Positions 9,934-20,334 of a DNA stretch of 64,000 nucleotides are shown in pieces. Positions within the stretch are counted from its first letter, which is position 1; every line of letters begins with the position of its first letter. The position numbers and the translations under genes were made by a program. Where the stretch lies: NCBI GenBank assembly GCA_038143065.1, contig JAYQLI010000035.1, positions 2,592,894 through 2,656,893 of the forward strand. Direction: 5' to 3'. A model generated the notes under the pieces. That model searched no databases and was not told where the DNA came from. It was given only the letters and a program-made list of their open reading frames with translations. The stretch is from Rhodospirillales bacterium (lineage in GTDB: Bacteria > Pseudomonadota > Alphaproteobacteria > Bin95).

Positions 9934-11210
9934 ACGGTGTTCTCCACGGTCCCAATCAGGCGACCCTCTTTAATGCCTGTGATATGAACCATTGGCATTT
10001 CACCAATTTTTTGGGCTTCTTCTATTTCTATTTCGGCGAAGCTCTCAGCACGTCCTCTATAGGGTGTCTCCATAATAGGTTTGAACTTTTTCCCCACCTG
10101 AGACTGCAGGTACTTTGTCGACTGCGAGCTTCCTAATTCGCGCAAGATTGCTGCTCGGTTTTTGATAACGTCGCGGGGCACTTGTGGCATCCGTGCAGCA
10201 GGAGTGCCGGGCCTTGGCGAATAGGGGAACACATGCAGCCAAGTTAAATTAAGTTCTTGTACATGATTAAGCGTCTCTTCAAAGAGTTGATCAGTTTCAG
10301 TAGGAAACCCTGCGATCAAGTCTGCTCCAAATACTATCTCAGGGCGAACTTTCCTGACACGGTCAACCAGTTTCTTGGCATCCTCGATTAAATGACGGCG
10401 TTTCATCCTTTTTAGGATTAGGTTAGAGCCTGCCTGAAGAGAGAGGTGTAGGTGGCCTGCGAGTCGAGGCTCTTCTGCTATCAAGTTTAACAGATCATCA
10501 TCAATTTCTGCAGGATCAATAGATGAGAGACGAAGGCGCTTTAAGTCAGGAACTTGAGTGAGGACTCGACGTGCCAGCTGACCCAGCGAGGGCTTCCCAG
10601 GCAAGTCTCCACCGAACGAGGTTATGTCCACTCCAGTGAAAGCAATTTCAGCTACTCCTGCCTCCACTAGAGCTTGAACTTGCCTAGATATTACCCCTAT
10701 GGGTGCACTTCTGCTGTTTCCGCGGCCATAAGGAATTATACAAAAAGTGCATCTGTGATCACATCCCTGTTGAATTTCAACAAAAGCGCGAGCCTTACCG
10801 CCAAACCCTGAGATTAGATGTTTTGCAGTCTCTTTTGCCTGCATAATGTCACTTACAACGAGGCTTTCTTTAGCTAAAGCGCTTTGGCTCCATGTGCTTG
10901 CCTCCATCTTTTCCAGGTTTCCGACTACTCGGTCTACTTCAGGCATTGCCGACCAAACTTCAGGGGAAATTTGGGCTGCGCAGCCGGTAACTATTATACG
11001 AGCATCAGGCTTATCACGGCGGGCCCGCCGAATAGCTTGGCGTGCCTGCCGCTCAGACTCAGCTGTCACAGCGCATGTATTGAACACAATTATGTTGCTC
11101 TGCCCTGCTGCTTCCAGGTGTTCGAGGACTACCTGGCTCTCATATGCGTTAAGGCGGCACCCAAATGTTTCTACTTTTGTGTTGATATGCTCTGTCTGAG
11201 AAATACTCAT
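9930..11210 (-). CDS. mtaB: tRNA t6A37 methylthiotransferase MtaB
   Basis: TFGCRLN, NTCAVT, radical SAM CDHRCTFC; conserved dapF-mtaB-ftsY order. Confidence 0.95.
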   Translation of the reverse strand: MSISQTEHINTKVETFGCRLNAYESQVVLEHLEAAGQSNIIVFNTCAVTAESERQARQAIRRARRDKPDARIIVTGCAAQISPEVWSAMPEVDRVVGNLEKMEASTWSQSALAKESLVVSDIMQAKETAKHLISGFGGKARAFVEIQQGCDHRCTFCIIPYGRGNSRSAPIGVISRQVQALVEAGVAEIAFTGVDITSFGGDLPGKPSLGQLARRVLTQVPDLKRLRLSSIDPAEIDDDLLNLIAEEPRLAGHLHLSLQAGSNLILKRMKRRHLIEDAKKLVDRVRKVRPEIVFGADLIAGFPTETDQLFEETLNHVQELNLTWLHVFPYSPRPGTPAARMPQVPRDVIKNRAAILRELGSSQSTKYLQSQVGKKFKPIMETPYRGRAESFAEIEIEEAQKIGEMPMVHITGIKEGRLIGTVENTV

Positions 11211-12064
11211 CGCCGCATTAGCTCAGCTGCATCAAATGCACCAACGAAACTGGATGTTGCCGGTCCAGTCATGATGATATGTCCATCTGGTCGCCAAGAA
11301 AGTTCAAGAGGGCCACCCAAAAGCTCTATTGTAACTTCTCGTTCTGTTAAATCTCGTCTCGACAGAGCGACGGCCGCAGCACATGCCCCTGTTCCGCACG
11401 CCTTAGTTTCACCAACGCCCCGTTCCCATACCCGCAAGCGCGCGTGATTTCGATCAATGACCTGCGCAATTCCTATGTTTGCGCGTTCTGGAAAACTCGG
11501 GTGGTGCTCTAATTGTGGCCCAAATTCTGACAGCGCAATGGCTTCTATATCGTCAACAATAAATGTGACGTGCGGATTTCCAACATTTCCAGCAACAGGG
11601 TCAGATAGTGGACCTATCTCTACAGGGACATGGAGGGTATCACAGGCTTCTTTAATTGGGATTTCATTCCATTCAGACCGGACGTATCCCATGTCGACAG
11701 CGACTAGATCATCTGGTGCCGCGTGCGCGTCAAGGAGACCCGCAACGGTTTGGACAATTGCTCGAGGTTTACCGCTCTCTGCCATTATTCGTCGAGCAAC
11801 GCAGCGCGTTCCATTACCACACGCCTCTACCTCGCCGCCATCGGCATTATAAATAGACATAAAAACATCGGCGCGGGGATCCGTTGGAGGTCGCATAACC
11901 AGCATCTGGTCGAACCCGACGCCTTGCCTGCGGTCAGCAATTGCTGCAGCTAATGCGTGGTCCGGCTGAAATGTGCGATCGCGCGCATCTATAACAACAA
12001 AATCGTTGCCCAGACCGTGCATTTTCACGAAAGGTATCATTAGGGGTGCGTTTGCGTCAGACAT
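11207..12064 (-). CDS. dapF: Diaminopimelate epimerase
   Basis: KMHGLGNDF, CGNGTRC, GNPH, ERGVGETKACGTG. Confidence 0.97.
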   Translation of the reverse strand: MSDANAPLMIPFVKMHGLGNDFVVIDARDRTFQPDHALAAAIADRRQGVGFDQMLVMRPPTDPRADVFMSIYNADGGEVEACGNGTRCVARRIMAESGKPRAIVQTVAGLLDAHAAPDDLVAVDMGYVRSEWNEIPIKEACDTLHVPVEIGPLSDPVAGNVGNPHVTFIVDDIEAIALSEFGPQLEHHPSFPERANIGIAQVIDRNHARLRVWERGVGETKACGTGACAAAVALSRRDLTEREVTIELLGGPLELSWRPDGHIIMTGPATSSFVGAFDAAELMRR

Positions 12065-12216
12065 GATGCCGGATATAGGGCTTTAAGTGCCAGTTTGTAA
12101 ATCGCTGGGTGCTGTGCGACTGATTTGAGATCAGATTTTCTTGCAAAGGCCTGGTGAGTAAAACGTGCTTTCAGTCGGTTAGCATTCAGGTTTCAGGTAT
12201 GAGCCTCAAATTGATT

Positions 12217-13238
12217 TCAAATAATACGGAGCAAGTGCTCCGCAGCAGAACGGACTGATGTCTCATTGACGTCTAAATGAGTTACTGCGCGGAGTGTTGA
12301 AGGACCAATCGCACCTATAAGTATACCTGCTTCCTCCTCCAGTTTTTTAGAAAGAGCTTGTGCATCCATGCCGTCAGCAAGATCAAAAATAACGATGTTT
12401 GTATCCACCGAAGTAGGGTCTACAACAAATTTGGGGCTATCAGCGATTATGCTAGCAAACATTGCGGCGTTTTCATTGTCTTTCGCGAGCAGTGGGATGT
12501 TATGGTCAAGGCCGTAAAGGGCTGCTGCCGCGATAATGCCAGCTTGGCGCATCGCCCCGCCTAGACGTTGCTTCCATCGCCATGTTTCTTCGATAAATGC
12601 CTTTGAACCTGCTAGCGCAGCTCCGACTGGAGCGCCTAATCCTTTCGAGAAATCAATCCAAGCACTGTCACAAGAAGCGGTATACTCCGATGCCGGTATT
12701 CGTGATGCTACAACAGCATTCAAAAGGCGAGCACCATCTAAATGCACGATCAGACCTCAGCTTTTGCCAATTTAGTGACGGCATTAAGCGTATCCATTGG
12801 CCATATCCGACCACCACCCATGTTTGCGGTGTTTTCAATTTCTACTACACGTGTGCGTGGGCCATATCGGTGCTCTGGTCTGATAGATGCCTTTAGTTGG
12901 TTTGCTGAGTATACTCCTCGATCGCCATCTATAGGTGTCATAACAGCACCAGCTAACGCTGCTGGACCCCCGGCTTCATAGTTCAGTATATGAGATGTCT
13001 TGTCACAGAGGATTTCATCACCCGGCCGACAGTGGACCAATAACGCAATCTCGTTACACATTGTGCCTGAAGGTAAGAATATCGCAGCCTCTATTCCAAG
13101 TAACTCTGCAACACGATCGCAGAGGACGTTAACTGTTGGGTCCTCGCCTCGTTGTTCGTCTCCGACTTCAGCGGCAGCCATGGCTTTCCGCATAGAATCT
13201 GAGGGCTTGGTTTGTGTGTCACCGAAAAGGTTAATCAT
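12217..13238 (-). CDS. ltaE: Low-specificity L-threonine aldolase (apparent frameshift near 12755)
   Basis: DTQTKP, PSGTMCN, ENTAN.GGG, HLDGARL.NA, FSKGLGAPVG, GGAMRQAG; adding one G restores KAEGLIVHLDG. Confidence 0.88.
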
Positions 13239-13273
13239 TGTATGTGACCTGTATTTCGGGATTTCTGTTTAGT

Positions 13274-14083
13274 TTATTTAATGACTTCAGGTATTATCTT
13301 TTGGACATGCTTTAGATGCATAATCAAAGACCCGTAAGTTGAATCAGCCTTGATTTGAATGGGCATAACCGCAGCATTATCGTCAACCTGTCTGAAATAG
13401 AAACTTCCACTTTTTTCACCTGATTCCTTTTTAGGTTTAAAGCCAGACAATTGTTTGGAGACAAAATCGCACCGATGAGCTTTTCCACCAAATGGAGCGC
13501 GGCGAGTTACACTAACTTCGGCTGGCCCTTTGTCCTCAATCTCGATCAGGAAAAGTCTTCGGCCATCAAAAATTTTGAGTATAGATGTACAAGAACCAGT
13601 TTTCTCAATCATCTATCCAACTTTGATGATAGCGGTGAGTGGATCAATAGCATTACTTAAATCTGTTGCTGAAATTGCCTTACGGCCCTCATCTTTGATT
13701 GGATCGGGGATGGCGGTCTGGACTTCTGTTCTTCCTGCTTCAAAAGCAATTTCAATTAAGCGCCTTTTTTCTTCCCATACACTCTGATTTTGGTACGAGA
13801 CAGGTGAAAATACCCTCTCATTTTCAGCACCCATTTTCCCAAATACAGCGGATGTGTTAGTCCAATTTACGAACCATCCAACTATGCCGCCTGTTTCCAT
13901 GTTGAGTTTGACCGAATAGTCACCGGTTTTTAGAACAACATCGATGGTTGCGTTTCCAATTTTAATGCCACCCATATATCCAACATAGGAGAACTCACCG
14001 CCTACTGTCTTGAACTGCGAGGCAATTGAATGGGAAGGAGCTGCCAAAAGAATAGCAATAAGAAACAAGTTCCAGCGCAACAT
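13274..14083 (-). CDS. DUF3108-like exported protein, interrupted by an in-frame TAG at 13613-13615
   Basis: Signal-peptide-like N-terminus, DPLTA and IFDGRR motifs; the two ORF halves are in the same frame and separated only by a single TAG. Confidence 0.65.
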
Positions 14084-14187
14084 GAGTTAAGCCTCCAGGG
14101 AAGAGTGATTTCAGTTTGACATTTTTTTTATTTGGGCAGCACGCCTTAAATTTGTCAGTATCAAGAAGTTAGTTGTTCTAATCAGGA

Positions 14188-14216
14188 TTGACAGTGCGCA
14201 TTCCAATGACATATCC
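14188..14216 (+). promoter_or_regulatory. Candidate sigma70 promoter upstream of meaB
   Basis: Perfect TTGACA at 14188-14193; weak -10 (CATATC) about 16 nt later. Confidence 0.35.
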
Positions 14217-14344
14217 GCAGGAAGAACCCCCGAAACCTTTGTGGCTCGTAACTCAGCGGGCAGACTATGACTTCGCACGGCCGGGTGCTCTGGTTCACTA
14301 CCAGTCGTACCCACCATCGACACCTTTCAAATTAGTTTAAGGCG

Positions 14345-15376
14345 ATGACCTCCGAACCAAACACATCCTCTCAACGTTATCATAAGACCGTCAAAGAGCT
14401 GGCGGATGGTGTGCTGGCAGGCGATAGGGCTGCAATTGGTAGAGCTATTACTTTGGTAGAAAGTAATAATAGTTCTCGCAGGAAGGCAGCACAGGAGATG
14501 CTGCAATGCCTATTACCCTATTCGGGCCAGTCCTATCGAGTGGGTATTACGGGTGTGCCAGGTGTGGGCAAAAGCACCTTTATTGAGGCGTTAGGACAAC
14601 GATTGATAGGTGATGGAAGCAAAGTAGCTGTTTTGGCTGTGGACCCAACCTCATCAAGAACACAAGGTAGTATTCTTGGGGACAAAACTAGGATGGCTAA
14701 TCTCGCTGCTGATTCTAGAGCCTTTATCCGACCCTCACCCTCATCAGGCACTCTCGGAGGTGTGGCCCGGGCAACACGTGAGACAATGGTGGTGATGGAA
14801 GCTGCGGGCTACGATGTTTTGTTAGTAGAGACCGTAGGCGTCGGTCAATCAGAGGTTACTGTTGCGGAAATGACAGACTTCTTCTTGGCATTGATGCTGC
14901 CCGGCGCCGGCGATGAACTCCAGGGGATTAAGAAAGGATTATTAGAAATAGCGGACATGATAGCCGTCAATAAAGCCGACGGTGACAACGCGGCTAGGGC
15001 AGAGGCGGCGAGGAGAGAGTATTCAGCCGCACTTCATATCATGGTCCCAGCATCGCAGTATTGGTCACCTCCTGTTGTAAAATGCAGTGGTTTATCGGGA
15101 GAGGGGCTCGACCAAATTTGGGGAGAGATTGATCGGCATCGGGAGGTTATGCAGGCAAACGGAGAATTCGTCCGGCGTCGCCAAGACCAGCAGGGAGGTT
15201 GGATGCGAGCAATGCTAGAGGATCGTCTTCTTCGGGGCTATCTGGACAAAGATGAAGTGCAAGTGATGCTTCAGGAGGTTAATGCAGCCGTGTGTGCTGC
15301 TGATATAACAGCACCTCAGGGTGTGGAGCGCGTGCTCAAAGCGATAGGTTTATCGTCAGATTTTGGAGAAACTTAA
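14345..15376 (+). CDS. meaB: Methylmalonyl-CoA mutase-associated GTPase MeaB
   Basis: GITGVPGVGKST, AVDPTS, GDKTRM, ETVGVGQSE, GDELQGIKKG, NKAD. Confidence 0.96.
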   Translation: MTSEPNTSSQRYHKTVKELADGVLAGDRAAIGRAITLVESNNSSRRKAAQEMLQCLLPYSGQSYRVGITGVPGVGKSTFIEALGQRLIGDGSKVAVLAVDPTSSRTQGSILGDKTRMANLAADSRAFIRPSPSSGTLGGVARATRETMVVMEAAGYDVLLVETVGVGQSEVTVAEMTDFFLALMLPGAGDELQGIKKGLLEIADMIAVNKADGDNAARAEAARREYSAALHIMVPASQYWSPPVVKCSGLSGEGLDQIWGEIDRHREVMQANGEFVRRRQDQQGGWMRAMLEDRLLRGYLDKDEVQVMLQEVNAAVCAADITAPQGVERVLKAIGLSSDFGET

Positions 15377-15430
15377 CAGTCGCCTCTTTGCTAAATGAGC
15401 GTTACCATGTCCTCTCAACAGGAGGTACTG

Positions 15431-15676
15431 ATGGAAACAAAGTCCATTGCTATCGCAGATGTTTATATCCCCGCGAAGCGTAAGCGTACGTTAGATCAAG
15501 CTAATGTTGATCAACTGGCGGAGAGCATTTTAGAAGATGGGCTTAAGGTACCTATTCAGGTTCGGCAGGATGGAGAAAAAACAATCCTTGTAGAAGGCTT
15601 GCATAGGCTTGAGGCCATGCGAGCCTTAGGAGATGAGGTTATCTCCTGTATCTATGTGGGCGCAAAAAGATATTAA
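15431..15676 (+). CDS. Small stand-alone ParB/Srx N-terminal-domain protein
   Basis: LAESILEDGLKVPIQVR and EGLHRLEA; SD GGAGG before ATG 15431; no HTH region. Confidence 0.8.
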   Translation: METKSIAIADVYIPAKRKRTLDQANVDQLAESILEDGLKVPIQVRQDGEKTILVEGLHRLEAMRALGDEVISCIYVGAKRY

Positions 15677-15683
15677 CTCAAGA

Positions 15684-16172
15684 TCATGCTCGCTTTCCGG
15701 CTGCGTGCGCTTTTGCGATGACTTCTCCCTCGTCCCAAGGAAAAATTATCCATGTGTCTTGGCTAACTAAAGTAACATAGGTGTCTGCAAGCGGAACGCC
15801 AGCGGGTTTAGCGTAAACTGTCGCTATGTGAGCCTTTGGAAGCATAGCTTTTACAGCTTTAGCCGTTTCGCCACTATCAACCAGGTCGTCAATTACAAGC
15901 ATGCCTGTGCCATCTCCATCTAACCCCTTTAAAATGTCTAATGCCCCTCGTTCTTCCGCCTTTTCTCCTTGAATTTCCCTGTAGGAGACGATGCAAATCG
16001 TATCAACAAGGCGAATGTCCAGCTCCCTGGCTATTATTGCTGCGGGGGCCAGTCCTCCCCTAGCTATAGCGACAATGCGATCAAAAGGACCTATTTCCAT
16101 AAGGCGCCAAGCAAGAGCGCGAGAATCACGATGCAGCTCATCCCATGAAATAGGAAAATATCGCTGAGACAT
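15684..16172 (-). CDS. gpt: Xanthine-guanine phosphoribosyltransferase
   Basis: [36 protein letters not shown]. Confidence 0.95.
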   Translation of the reverse strand: MSQRYFPISWDELHRDSRALAWRLMEIGPFDRIVAIARGGLAPAAIIARELDIRLVDTICIVSYREIQGEKAEERGALDILKGLDGDGTGMLVIDDLVDSGETAKAVKAMLPKAHIATVYAKPAGVPLADTYVTLVSQDTWIIFPWDEGEVIAKAHAAGKRA

Positions 16173-16257
16173 TTTTATGCTCCGATCATGGATATGGTTG
16201 AATGTCAGGTAATAAGCTTTGGAGAGTTATACTTTTATTTCATGGTGGCTCGCTTTT

Positions 16258-17837
16258 TTACTTACCCCAACCACCAGCACCAGGTGAGTCCATCAATACA
16301 GAACCACCTTGCTCAATAATTTTATCCCCTGTTTTGCCTGGAAGAGGTGTTTCCTCACCTTTTTCATCGACCATTGCAAAACGACCTTTTCCGCCACTTT
16401 CTCCGCCAGCAAGTCCCCAGGGCGGATTTCGGAATCGTTCGCCTACGCCATTAAAAATACACTGATGACCAATAGGTTTTACAACTCTCCTGATTCCACG
16501 GCCCCCAGGATTCTTGCCTTTACCCCCTGAATTAGGCGCAAGCCCGTATTCTAGAACCATGAGCGGATATTCATTTTCAATAGCTTCAACTGGCAGATTG
16601 GATGTATTGGTTATGCCGGTTTGCACCCCATCTTTACCAGGTTTTGTTGGTCGGCCACCGGCGCCTCCGCCAATTGTTTCGAGGTATACATACGGGTCTC
16701 CTGACCTAGGGTCGATTCCAGAGAACACCGCCATTGTATTAGCTCCGTTTGGTGCCGCAGGTACAAGGGTGGGTAGCGCAGGAGCAAGCGCGCCCATCAC
16801 AACGTCGATTACCCGCTGGCAGGTATGAGCTCGACCAGCCACGGACGCAGGAAAAACCGCACTGGCAACTGTACCTTTTGGAATTTGTATATCAACGCAA
16901 TCAATGACGGCTTGGGTATTCGGCGCCTCAGGGTCGAGCAAAGATTTAATAGCAAAAATGACTGCAGACTGTGTTGCATTCAATGTCATGTTGATATTGC
17001 CGGCTGTTTGAGGTGCTGTGCCGGTAAAATCAAAACTGAGTTTTCCAGCTTTGGCCTCAATCCGGACCTTAAGAAGTACATCGATTGTTTCTACGCCATC
17101 ATCATCCATAAAGTCTTCGAATTCATAGACGCCATCTGGGACTTCTTTTAACGCAAGTGCCATCCGGTCAGCTGACCGTTTAAGTAGTTGTTTAAAACCC
17201 TCTTTCAATATTTCTGCACCATGGCGACTTCCTAGCTCATGAAGCCGGCGAACACCTAATTTGGCGGCAGCTATTTGGGCATAGTAATCCCCGCGCCGCT
17301 CTTGAGGGGCGCGAGCATTAAGTAGAAAGATATCTAGAATCTCTTGCTTAACTTCATCTTGTTGAGCAATTCGGGTGACGGGAATTCGAAGCCCTTCCTG
17401 ATAGATTTCTGTCATGCCTCCCGACATAGAACCCGCAGCCATTCCGCCAATATCTGCATGGTGCGCTATGTTACATACAAAACCAATAAGCTCGTCATCT
17501 ATAAAAACGGGAGCGGCGAAGTTAACGTCAGGTAGATGGGTGCCGCCAGCAGTGTGAGGATCATTTGCAACGAAAATATCACCAGCGTGAATATCGCCAC
17601 CATATTTTTCAAGAACGCAACGCATCAAACCACTCATGTACGCAACATGAATTGGTAAGCTCATATCCGCCTGAGCAATCAAATCACCATTTGCACTCAT
17701 TATTGCGGTGGAATGGTCATGTCGTTCTTTAATATTGGTTGAATAACTGGCCTTCATGAGGGCTACGAAACACTCATCGTTTATGGACTTCAGAGCATTG
17801 GAGAGAATTTCTAAGCCAATTGAGTCAGAGTGGGCAT
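16258..17837 (-). CDS. Hydantoinase B / oxoprolinase subunit B (apparent frameshift right after the start codon)
   Basis: STNIKER.D.S, GGTHLPD, HHADIGG, YLETIGGG, SPGAGGWG; upstream in-frame IGLEILSNAL leads toward ATG 17837 in a shifted frame. Confidence 0.88.
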
Positions 17838-17840
17838 CGC

Positions 17841-19901
17841 TCAGGCTCCTTGCAGTCGAATTAGAATGGAACCGTCTGCCAAAACTTCCACCCGATCGCC
17901 TGGGAATATGGGCGTAGTTGCATCCAATTGGTCAACTATTGCTGGCCCCTCAAACCGAAGCCCTGGATAAAGCTTTTCTCTGCGATATACCGGTGTTTCA
18001 ATCCCAGCATTGTTATCAAACCAAACGGTTCGAGTACTCTCAGCCTCAGGTAGGCCTGAGTTTTCTTTTCGTTCATTTTTTTTTTGCTCGTAAAGTCTTC
18101 CCCGAGCTGTCATTCTAAAGTTTATAATTTCGATCGGTGCACTTGCATCGTGAAAGCCATAGGCGCGGTCATGGGCATCAAAAAACAGATTTGCTAGCGT
18201 CTCTGCATCAGGCAAATCTTGTGCAGTCAGATTAGCCCCCGAGGCGGCAGGTACGATTAGCTCGAAGTTTTGTCCGACATAGCGGAGGTCAAGGGATAAC
18301 TCCATTGACCTTCCTTCATTTGGAAGGCGTTCGGACTCAAACCATGAATGGGCAAGTTCAGCCAAATTACCAATCATTTTAGCTGCTTCCGCCATTGCAG
18401 TTTGTGACAGTGGAAGCCGCACGCTTGCTACAAAATCTTCTTTTTGATCTGAGACGAGTAAGCCTTGGGCGCATACAATGCCGGGTGCAGGGGGCACAAG
18501 TACCTCAGACATTCCTAATTCTGCAGCAACATCTCGAGCGTGTAAGGGGCCTGCTCCCCCGAAGGCCATTAAAGTGAAATTACGGGGGTCGTGACCTCTC
18601 TCAACCGACATTCGACGCACGGAACGACTCATATTTGATACAGCAATTGCCAAAATCCCAAGAGAGACTTCCTCTACAGATGCGCCGATGCGGTCCGCAA
18701 TTGGCTCTAAAGCTGACACTGCAGATTCTGTATTTAACGGAAGTGCCCCATCCAGTAAGCCTGTTGCGGATAGGCGCCCCAGAACGAGGTTTGCATCTGT
18801 TACCGTAGGCTCTGTGCCACCTTGACCGTAACAGGCAGGGCCAGGTGCAGCACCTGCACTAATTGGGCCTACTTTCAACAATCCATCTCGTTCAAACCAC
18901 GCGATTGAACCCCCTCCGGCTCCGACCGTATCAATGTCCACCATGGCCAGCCTGATAGGAAACCCTGCCACGTCTCGTTGGAATGTAATTTCTGTATCAC
19001 CATTAGCGATCAGAGCGACATCAGCTGACGTTCCACCCATGTCTAAGGTAATAACAAATGGGCGGTCCGCGTTACGTGCAACATAGGCGGCTCCTACCGC
19101 CCCTGCCGCAGGACCAGATAAAGCTGTTCGCACGGGGAATGCGGCAGTTTTTTTCGCAGACATTAGTCCGCCTGAAGATTGATTGATGCCGAGTGTTGCT
19201 GAGCCAACACGATGATTTAGGCCTGATGCTAAGTGCTCTACATAACTTGCTAAGAGAGGCTGCAAATAGGCATTAATGGCAGTTGTTTGGAACCGCTCGT
19301 ATTCGCGGAATTCTGGTTGCACGTCAGAAGCAATCGAGACACGCATTTCAGGTTTTAGAGAAAGTATTGCGTCTTTTAATTTTCGCTCATGCTCGGGATT
19401 TAGGTAGGCAAAAAGAAAGCAAATTGCTACAGCTTCGGCTCCGCTTTCGACCACCTGTTTTGCGACCTTTGACGCTTCTGCATCGGTCAAAGGGGTAACT
19501 ACTTCACCTTGCCAGTTAAGCCTTTCAGCAACCTCAAAACGCATTGCTTCGTTTGCAAGAGGAGCTGGTTTGTCGAGATTGAGATCGTACATGTGAGGTC
19601 GAACTTGACGGCCAATCTCAAGAAGGTCTCGGAAGCCTTTGGTTGCAATAGCAGCTATTAATGCGCCCTTCCGCTGTATTAGAGCATTGGTCGCTACCGT
19701 TGTTCCGTGGGCAATCCTTGCTATTTCTGTTAGCGGCAGCTTATGTGCCTGTTCTACTTCTTCTAAGCCCTTAAGAATTGCTTCACCTGGGTCATGTGGT
19801 GTCGATGGCCGTTTGAAGACGAATTCCTCTCCCGTAACATGGTTGCGGTCGTGAAAATCCGTAAAAGTTCCGCCTACGTCTACGCCAATTGTCCATGTCA
19901 T
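17841..19901 (-). CDS. Hydantoinase A / oxoprolinase ATP-binding subunit
   Basis: GVDVGGTFTD, HGTTVATNA, SGPAAG, DMGGTS, GAGGGS, FGGAGPLH. Confidence 0.95.
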   Translation of the reverse strand: MTWTIGVDVGGTFTDFHDRNHVTGEEFVFKRPSTPHDPGEAILKGLEEVEQAHKLPLTEIARIAHGTTVATNALIQRKGALIAAIATKGFRDLLEIGRQVRPHMYDLNLDKPAPLANEAMRFEVAERLNWQGEVVTPLTDAEASKVAKQVVESGAEAVAICFLFAYLNPEHERKLKDAILSLKPEMRVSIASDVQPEFREYERFQTTAINAYLQPLLASYVEHLASGLNHRVGSATLGINQSSGGLMSAKKTAAFPVRTALSGPAAGAVGAAYVARNADRPFVITLDMGGTSADVALIANGDTEITFQRDVAGFPIRLAMVDIDTVGAGGGSIAWFERDGLLKVGPISAGAAPGPACYGQGGTEPTVTDANLVLGRLSATGLLDGALPLNTESAVSALEPIADRIGASVEEVSLGILAIAVSNMSRSVRRMSVERGHDPRNFTLMAFGGAGPLHARDVAAELGMSEVLVPPAPGIVCAQGLLVSDQKEDFVASVRLPLSQTAMAEAAKMIGNLAELAHSWFESERLPNEGRSMELSLDLRYVGQNFELIVPAASGANLTAQDLPDAETLANLFFDAHDRAYGFHDASAPIEIINFRMTARGRLYEQKKNERKENSGLPEAESTRTVWFDNNAGIETPVYRREKLYPGLRFEGPAIVDQLDATTPIFPGDRVEVLADGSILIRLQGA

Positions 19902-20334
19902 GAGCTGGTCGGCCTTGGTTTCCGAAACAATGCAAACATAGTTATTAAAAACATTATGACTGCAGCGATAATTGCATAGGTGCGCTGATCTTCTAAGTCA
20001 CTGATCTGGGCTTGAATTGATGTCTTAGCCTGAGCCTCAGCATCGAGCGCCTTTTTGCCTCGTCCTGAGCAACTGCAAGCGCCTTTCTTGTAAGCTCTAG
20101 TTCTTGTTCCAGAGCAGTAATCTGTTTCGCAAGCCTTACATCTTGAATTTTGGAACTATTTACCTCGGACAGATGCGCTGTCGAGGGGGCTAATATCAGA
20201 ATTATTGCCATCAAATTTCTTATGGCTTTCAATTTTTGAATCCCATCTAAGTTATCGTTATTCAATGCTTTTGCGTTACTCTGGCTGCAACAATGCCATA
20301 ATAACTGGTCGAATGGAAAATTTACGTTCTTCAT
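19898..20334 (-). CDS. Hypothetical coiled-coil protein with C-terminal TM anchor (apparent frameshift near 20055)
   Basis: Shifted frame continues ...AQAKTSIQAQISDLEDQRTYAIIAAVIMFLITMFALFRKPRPTSS* with the stop overlapping the hydantoinase A ATG; true start uncertain. Confidence 0.55.

Noticed and set aside
13613-13615. Genome-wide amber recoding or pyrrolysine
   Set aside because: TAG terminates several intact genes in the window and no pyl genes are present
14221-14325. Cobalamin riboswitch, 6S RNA or SRP RNA upstream of meaB
   Set aside because: No B12-box or SRP consensus; only a vague GGCCGGG...CCCACC likeness to alphaproteobacterial 6S, and the usual zapA/ygfA context is absent
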